A stretch of 38,248 bases of DNA from Candidatus Dormiibacterota bacterium (GTDB lineage Bacteria > Chloroflexota > Dormibacteria > Aeolococcales > Aeolococcaceae), in the NCBI GenBank assembly GCA_003135255.1, contig PLAX01000180.1, positions 1-38,248 of the forward strand, written 5' to 3'. A program made the translations under genes and the position numbers. Every line of letters begins with the position of its first letter. Positions within the stretch are counted from its first letter, which is position 1. Positions 35,241 through 38,248 of this stretch are shown here, in pieces. The notes beneath the pieces were generated by a model, which saw nothing but the letters and a program-made list of their open reading frames with translations, had not been told where the DNA came from and did not search any database.

Positions 35241-35372
35241 GACTGGTGGCTCAGTCTACGGTGGCGACGCCTGCTCGGCCCGCCCCGCTCGGGCGGCCCC
35301 GGCACTTTTCCCCGGTACAATCGGCCGGGCAGTCGTGCAGGAAGCCGTCAGCAGGAGCCGGAGTCCCACCCC

Positions 35373-36689
35373 GTGATCTCTCACCTCACAGGCCGTGTCT
35401 GGACCGACGATCTGAGCGACCGCGTTGGTGAGAGGGTGGAGCTCAAGGGCTGGCTCCACCGGCTCCGCCGGCTTGCGGGGGTCAGCTTCCTCATCCTCCG
35501 CGATGCCCGCGGGACCGCCCAGGTGGTCGTCCAGGATCCCGAGCTGGTCGAGAGGCTCGCCCGGCTGCAGAACGAGTCCGTGATCGGTGTCGCCGGGGTG
35601 GTGGTGGCCGAGCCGCAGGCTCCCGGCGGGGTCGAGATCCACGACCCAGCGGTGACGGTGATCTCGGAGGCCGATGAGGCCCCGCCCTTTGACCTCTACC
35701 GTCCCGTGATCAAGGCGCAGCTGCCGACCATCCTCGACAACGCCCCGGTGGCTCTCCGCCATCCCCGCCGCCGCGCCTATTTCGCCATCCAGGCCGCCTC
35801 CATGGCCGGGTTCCGCTCCGGCCTGCACGATCTCGGATTCACGGAGATCCAGACCCCGAAGATCGTCGGCTCGGCCACCGAGTCGGGGGCCACCACCTTC
35901 GCCCTCGACTACTTCGGCAAGACCGCCTACCTGGCCCAGAGCCCGCAGTTCTACAAGCAGGTGATGGTCGGCGTCTTTGAGCGCGTCTACGAGGTGGGCC
36001 CCGTCTTCCGGGCCGAGCCGCACGACACCGCCCGTCACATCAACGAGTACGTCTCGCTCGACGCCGAGGTCGGATTCATCGAGAACGAGTACACCGTCAT
36101 GGCTGTGCTCACCGACACCATCGCCAGCATGCTGGCCGCCGTCGAGCGGGATGCGGCGGGGGCGCTGGCCCTGCTCGGTTTGGAGCTGCCCAAGGTCCCG
36201 CAGCCCATCCCCGACGTCCACTTCCTGGACGCCCAGGCCATGATCACCGCCGCCACCGGCGAGGACCTGAGCAATGAGCCGGACCTCTCGCCGGCCAACG
36301 AGCGCTGGCTCGGGGAGTGGGCAAAGCGCGAGCACGGCTCGGATTTCCTCTTTGTCCGCGGCTTCCCGATGAGCAAGCGGCCCTTCTACACCCACCCCGA
36401 CCCGGAGCGGCCGGGTTTCGCGGCGGGTTTCGACCTCCTCTTCCGGGGGATGGAGCTGGTCACCGGCGGCCAGCGGCTCCACCGCTACCAGGACTATGTC
36501 GATGCGCTCGTCGGCAGGGGCGAGGATCCCGAGAACTACGCGGCATACCTGATGGCCTTCAAGCACGGGATGCCCCCCCATGGCGGTTTCGCCATCGGGC
36601 TCGAGCGCTGGGTCGCCCAGCTCGTGGACGCCCCCAACGTGCGCGAGACGACCCTCTTCCCCCGGGACCTCAACCGCCTCTCTCCCTGA
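35373..36689 (+). CDS. aspS: Aspartate--tRNA ligase, archaeal/type-2 (short) form
   Basis: 438 aa from the GTG at 35373. An OB-fold N-domain is present. Class II motifs include FTEIQTPKIV, YLAQSPQFYKQ, GPVFRAEPHDTARHINEYVSLDAEVGFI and GGFAIGLERW. The C-terminal FPRDLNRLSP is typical of short AspRS. The upstream 480 codons of the track ORF are antisense to rny. Confidence 0.85.
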   Translation: MISHLTGRVWTDDLSDRVGERVELKGWLHRLRRLAGVSFLILRDARGTAQVVVQDPELVERLARLQNESVIGVAGVVVAEPQAPGGVEIHDPAVTVISEADEAPPFDLYRPVIKAQLPTILDNAPVALRHPRRRAYFAIQAASMAGFRSGLHDLGFTEIQTPKIVGSATESGATTFALDYFGKTAYLAQSPQFYKQVMVGVFERVYEVGPVFRAEPHDTARHINEYVSLDAEVGFIENEYTVMAVLTDTIASMLAAVERDAAGALALLGLELPKVPQPIPDVHFLDAQAMITAATGEDLSNEPDLSPANERWLGEWAKREHGSDFLFVRGFPMSKRPFYTHPDPERPGFAAGFDLLFRGMELVTGGQRLHRYQDYVDALVGRGEDPENYAAYLMAFKHGMPPHGGFAIGLERWVAQLVDAPNVRETTLFPRDLNRLSP

Positions 36690-36797
36690 CCGCCGGCAGG
36701 TGGAGGCCTGGCGCGAGCAGCCGGGTCCGCTCGCCGCCTCATCCGGGTGGACGTGGATCCGCGCGTGGGCCGGCGGCCGGTTGAAACCGGGCCCCCG

Positions 36798-37712
36798 TTA
36801 CCCGGTGGCGGTGCGACCGGCGGGCCCGGTGACCCCCTCGACGATCCGGCGGCAGAAGAGCTGGGCTGCCGGTGGCAGGGTGCGGCGCCGGTCCCAGGCG
36901 ATCGCCATCGTGCGGGCGATCGGCGGGTCGCGGAGCGGGATCACCACCACCCGGCTGGAGGGGGTGGGCAGGGGCATCGGCAGGAGGGTGATCCCCAGCC
37001 CGGCCTCGGCCAGCCCCTGCACGATCGCGAAGTCATCCCCCTCGTAGGCGACGCGCTCGCTCAGCCCCTGGCGGGCGAAGGCGTCGTCGATGACCCGCCG
37101 AAGGCCGGTGCGCGATCGGGGGAGGATCAGTGGCTCGGTGGCGATGTCCCGGAGCGTGACCGACGACCGGCCGACCAGGTGGTGCTCGAGCGGGACCACG
37201 ACCGCGATGCGCTCGCGGAAGAGCGGGACCAGCTCCAACTCCGGGGTGTTGGCCGGCGGCGGGCCCAGGATACCCAGGTCGAAACTACCGTCCAGCACGC
37301 CGGCGACGACCTCGCCGGTGGTGCCCTCCTCGAGGATGAAGCGCACCCCCGGGTACTGGTCGAGGAAGCGGGCCAGCCGCTCGGGCAGCCAGTGGGCGCC
37401 GACCGTGTGGAGGAATCCGAGGTGGACCTCCCCGGTCTCGGCCGACACGGTGCCGGCCGCCTCCGCGACAGCGTCACGCATCTCGCCGAGGATGCGTTCG
37501 GCCCGGCCGACGAAGCGCCGCCCGGCCTTGGTCAGCCGGATCGAACGGCCGATCCGCTCGAAGAGGGGCACCCCCACCTCGTGCTCCAGACGTACGATCT
37601 TCCGGCTGACGGTGGACTGGTCGTTCTGGAGCGCTTCGGCCGCTCGCCCCAGATGCTCCAGGCGCGCCACTTCGATAAAAGTCCGCAAGAGGTCGGCATT
37701 GATGCGATCCAT
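36798..37712 (-). CDS. LysR-family transcriptional regulator
   Basis: The N-terminal HTH reads LRTFIEVARLEHLGRAAEALQNDQSTVSRKIVRLEHEVGVPLFER. A C-terminal LysR substrate-binding domain is present. 304 aa. Confidence 0.9.
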   Translation of the reverse strand: MDRINADLLRTFIEVARLEHLGRAAEALQNDQSTVSRKIVRLEHEVGVPLFERIGRSIRLTKAGRRFVGRAERILGEMRDAVAEAAGTVSAETGEVHLGFLHTVGAHWLPERLARFLDQYPGVRFILEEGTTGEVVAGVLDGSFDLGILGPPPANTPELELVPLFRERIAVVVPLEHHLVGRSSVTLRDIATEPLILPRSRTGLRRVIDDAFARQGLSERVAYEGDDFAIVQGLAEAGLGITLLPMPLPTPSSRVVVIPLRDPPIARTMAIAWDRRRTLPPAAQLFCRRIVEGVTGPAGRTATG

Positions 37713-37713
37713 G

Positions 37714-37800
37714 CATCAATCTGACACCAGCGTGGCTGTTGATGTCAACGACCGATCGGGTTAGCCTATGAGCGGAACCGCGACACGGCGGGTGTCGCGG
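37714..37800. promoter_or_regulatory. Divergent control region with an inverted repeat and a leader hairpin
   Basis: CATCAA (37714-37719) and TTGATG (37739-37744) form an inverted repeat with a 19-bp spacer, starting 2 nt upstream of the lysR ATG. The hairpin CCGCGACAC-ggcgg-GTGTCGCGG (37778-37800) sits just before the GGGGAGA Shine-Dalgarno of the downstream unknown gene. Confidence 0.3.
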
Positions 37801-37819
37801 GTCACAGGGGAGACAAGTA

Positions 37820-38248
37820 TTGCTCATCGAGAACGCTACCCAGGAGGTTCACCGCGCCCGGCAGCGCCACCACCTCGAGGTGGTGGAGCGGACGCGGCTC
37901 CGCCGGCTCGTGGAGCGGGTTGACTCCGCCATCGAGCTCTGCGAGGAGACGCACCTCCAGGGGATGAAGGAGGTTCCGCCGGACGTCGCCGTGCGCGCCC
38001 AGCGGGTCTTCACGTTTGCACGCAAGGCGGTTCGCCTCACCGGCGACGAGACCGCATGCCGTCAGGTCGACGAGACCCTGGCCCGCCGTCACGTCAAGAT
38101 CACCGAGATCATGGACATGCTCTGGACGATCCAGGAGATCGTCTTTGACCTCATGCTCCCCTGGCGCACCGAGCTCCCCGAGGACGTCGAGATGGACGAC
38201 GACGAGCCGGGGGCGGGGGAGTGGCGCCACTTCAACCCCGCCGCCTGA
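37820..38248 (+). CDS. Hypothetical protein (142 aa, predicted helical, acidic C-terminal tail)
   Basis: The TTG start lies 6 nt after GGGGAGA. GC3 bias is strong. The gene is divergent from the LysR regulator. The C-terminus ELPEDVEMDDDEPGAGEW is acidic. No family recognised. The stop codon is the last 3 nt of the window. Confidence 0.55.
   Translation: MLIENATQEVHRARQRHHLEVVERTRLRRLVERVDSAIELCEETHLQGMKEVPPDVAVRAQRVFTFARKAVRLTGDETACRQVDETLARRHVKITEIMDMLWTIQEIVFDLMLPWRTELPEDVEMDDDEPGAGEWRHFNPAA

Noticed and set aside
35241-35372. T-box or other leader element upstream of aspS
   Set aside because: The 132-nt divergent region is too short for a T-box. It lacks a recognisable specifier loop, T-box sequence or terminator/antiterminator pair. 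Only a TACAAT hexamer is notable.
33933-36689. 918-aa ORF extending aspS upstream
   Set aside because: The upstream 480 codons are antisense to rny and have no motifs. AspRS homology starts near the GTG at 35373.

Overview
This is a very GC-rich (by eye roughly 70% or more) bacterial chromosomal segment that is densely coding. I can support about 34 protein genes. I found no rRNA, tRNA, CRISPR array, transposase or integrase.

Gene content from left to right:
1. A minus-strand hexuronate catabolism operon, manD-kdgK-uxaC-uxuB, with overlapping stop/start codons, followed by a ROK sugar kinase.
2. A DedA membrane protein. Upstream of it is an AT-rich island carrying a perfect tandem 14-bp palindrome-containing motif.
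3. Divergent glycogen genes glgX and malQ.
4. A small unknown ORF followed by an ABC ATPase and ABC-2 permease pair.
5. The coenzyme F420 tail-assembly operon cofC-cofE-cofD.
6. An orphan ChlI/BchI-like AAA+ chelatase subunit and an aldose 1-epimerase. A duplicated 45-nt structured element lies upstream.
7. In the centre of the window, an uncharacterised pair. One gene encodes a small 4-TM protein. The other encodes a membrane-anchored protein with an FN3-like domain, a 7-blade Asp-box-type beta-propeller and a C-terminal domain.
8. A Firmicute-like housekeeping block: lepA, an unknown membrane protein, hemW, CIRCE, hrcA, grpE, dnaJ. It lacks dnaK and prmA, and rsmE-mtaB-DUF167-GGDEF sit on the opposite strand.
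9. An alpha/beta hydrolase, RNase Y, an archaeal-type AspRS, and a LysR regulator with a divergent unknown gene.

Most very long ORFs in the six-frame track (for example 1457 aa, 940 aa and 918 aa) are high-GC read-through or antisense artefacts.

The best novelty candidates are:
- the central membrane-protein and propeller locus (17971-20450)
- the unknown membrane protein inserted between lepA and hemW
- the duplicated 45-nt element at 15777-15876
- the 19-bp terminal-inverted-repeat element at 33408-33579
- two small ORFs with strong GC3 bias (11618-11851 and about 24900-25169)

All functional calls come from motif recognition by eye. No database search was possible.
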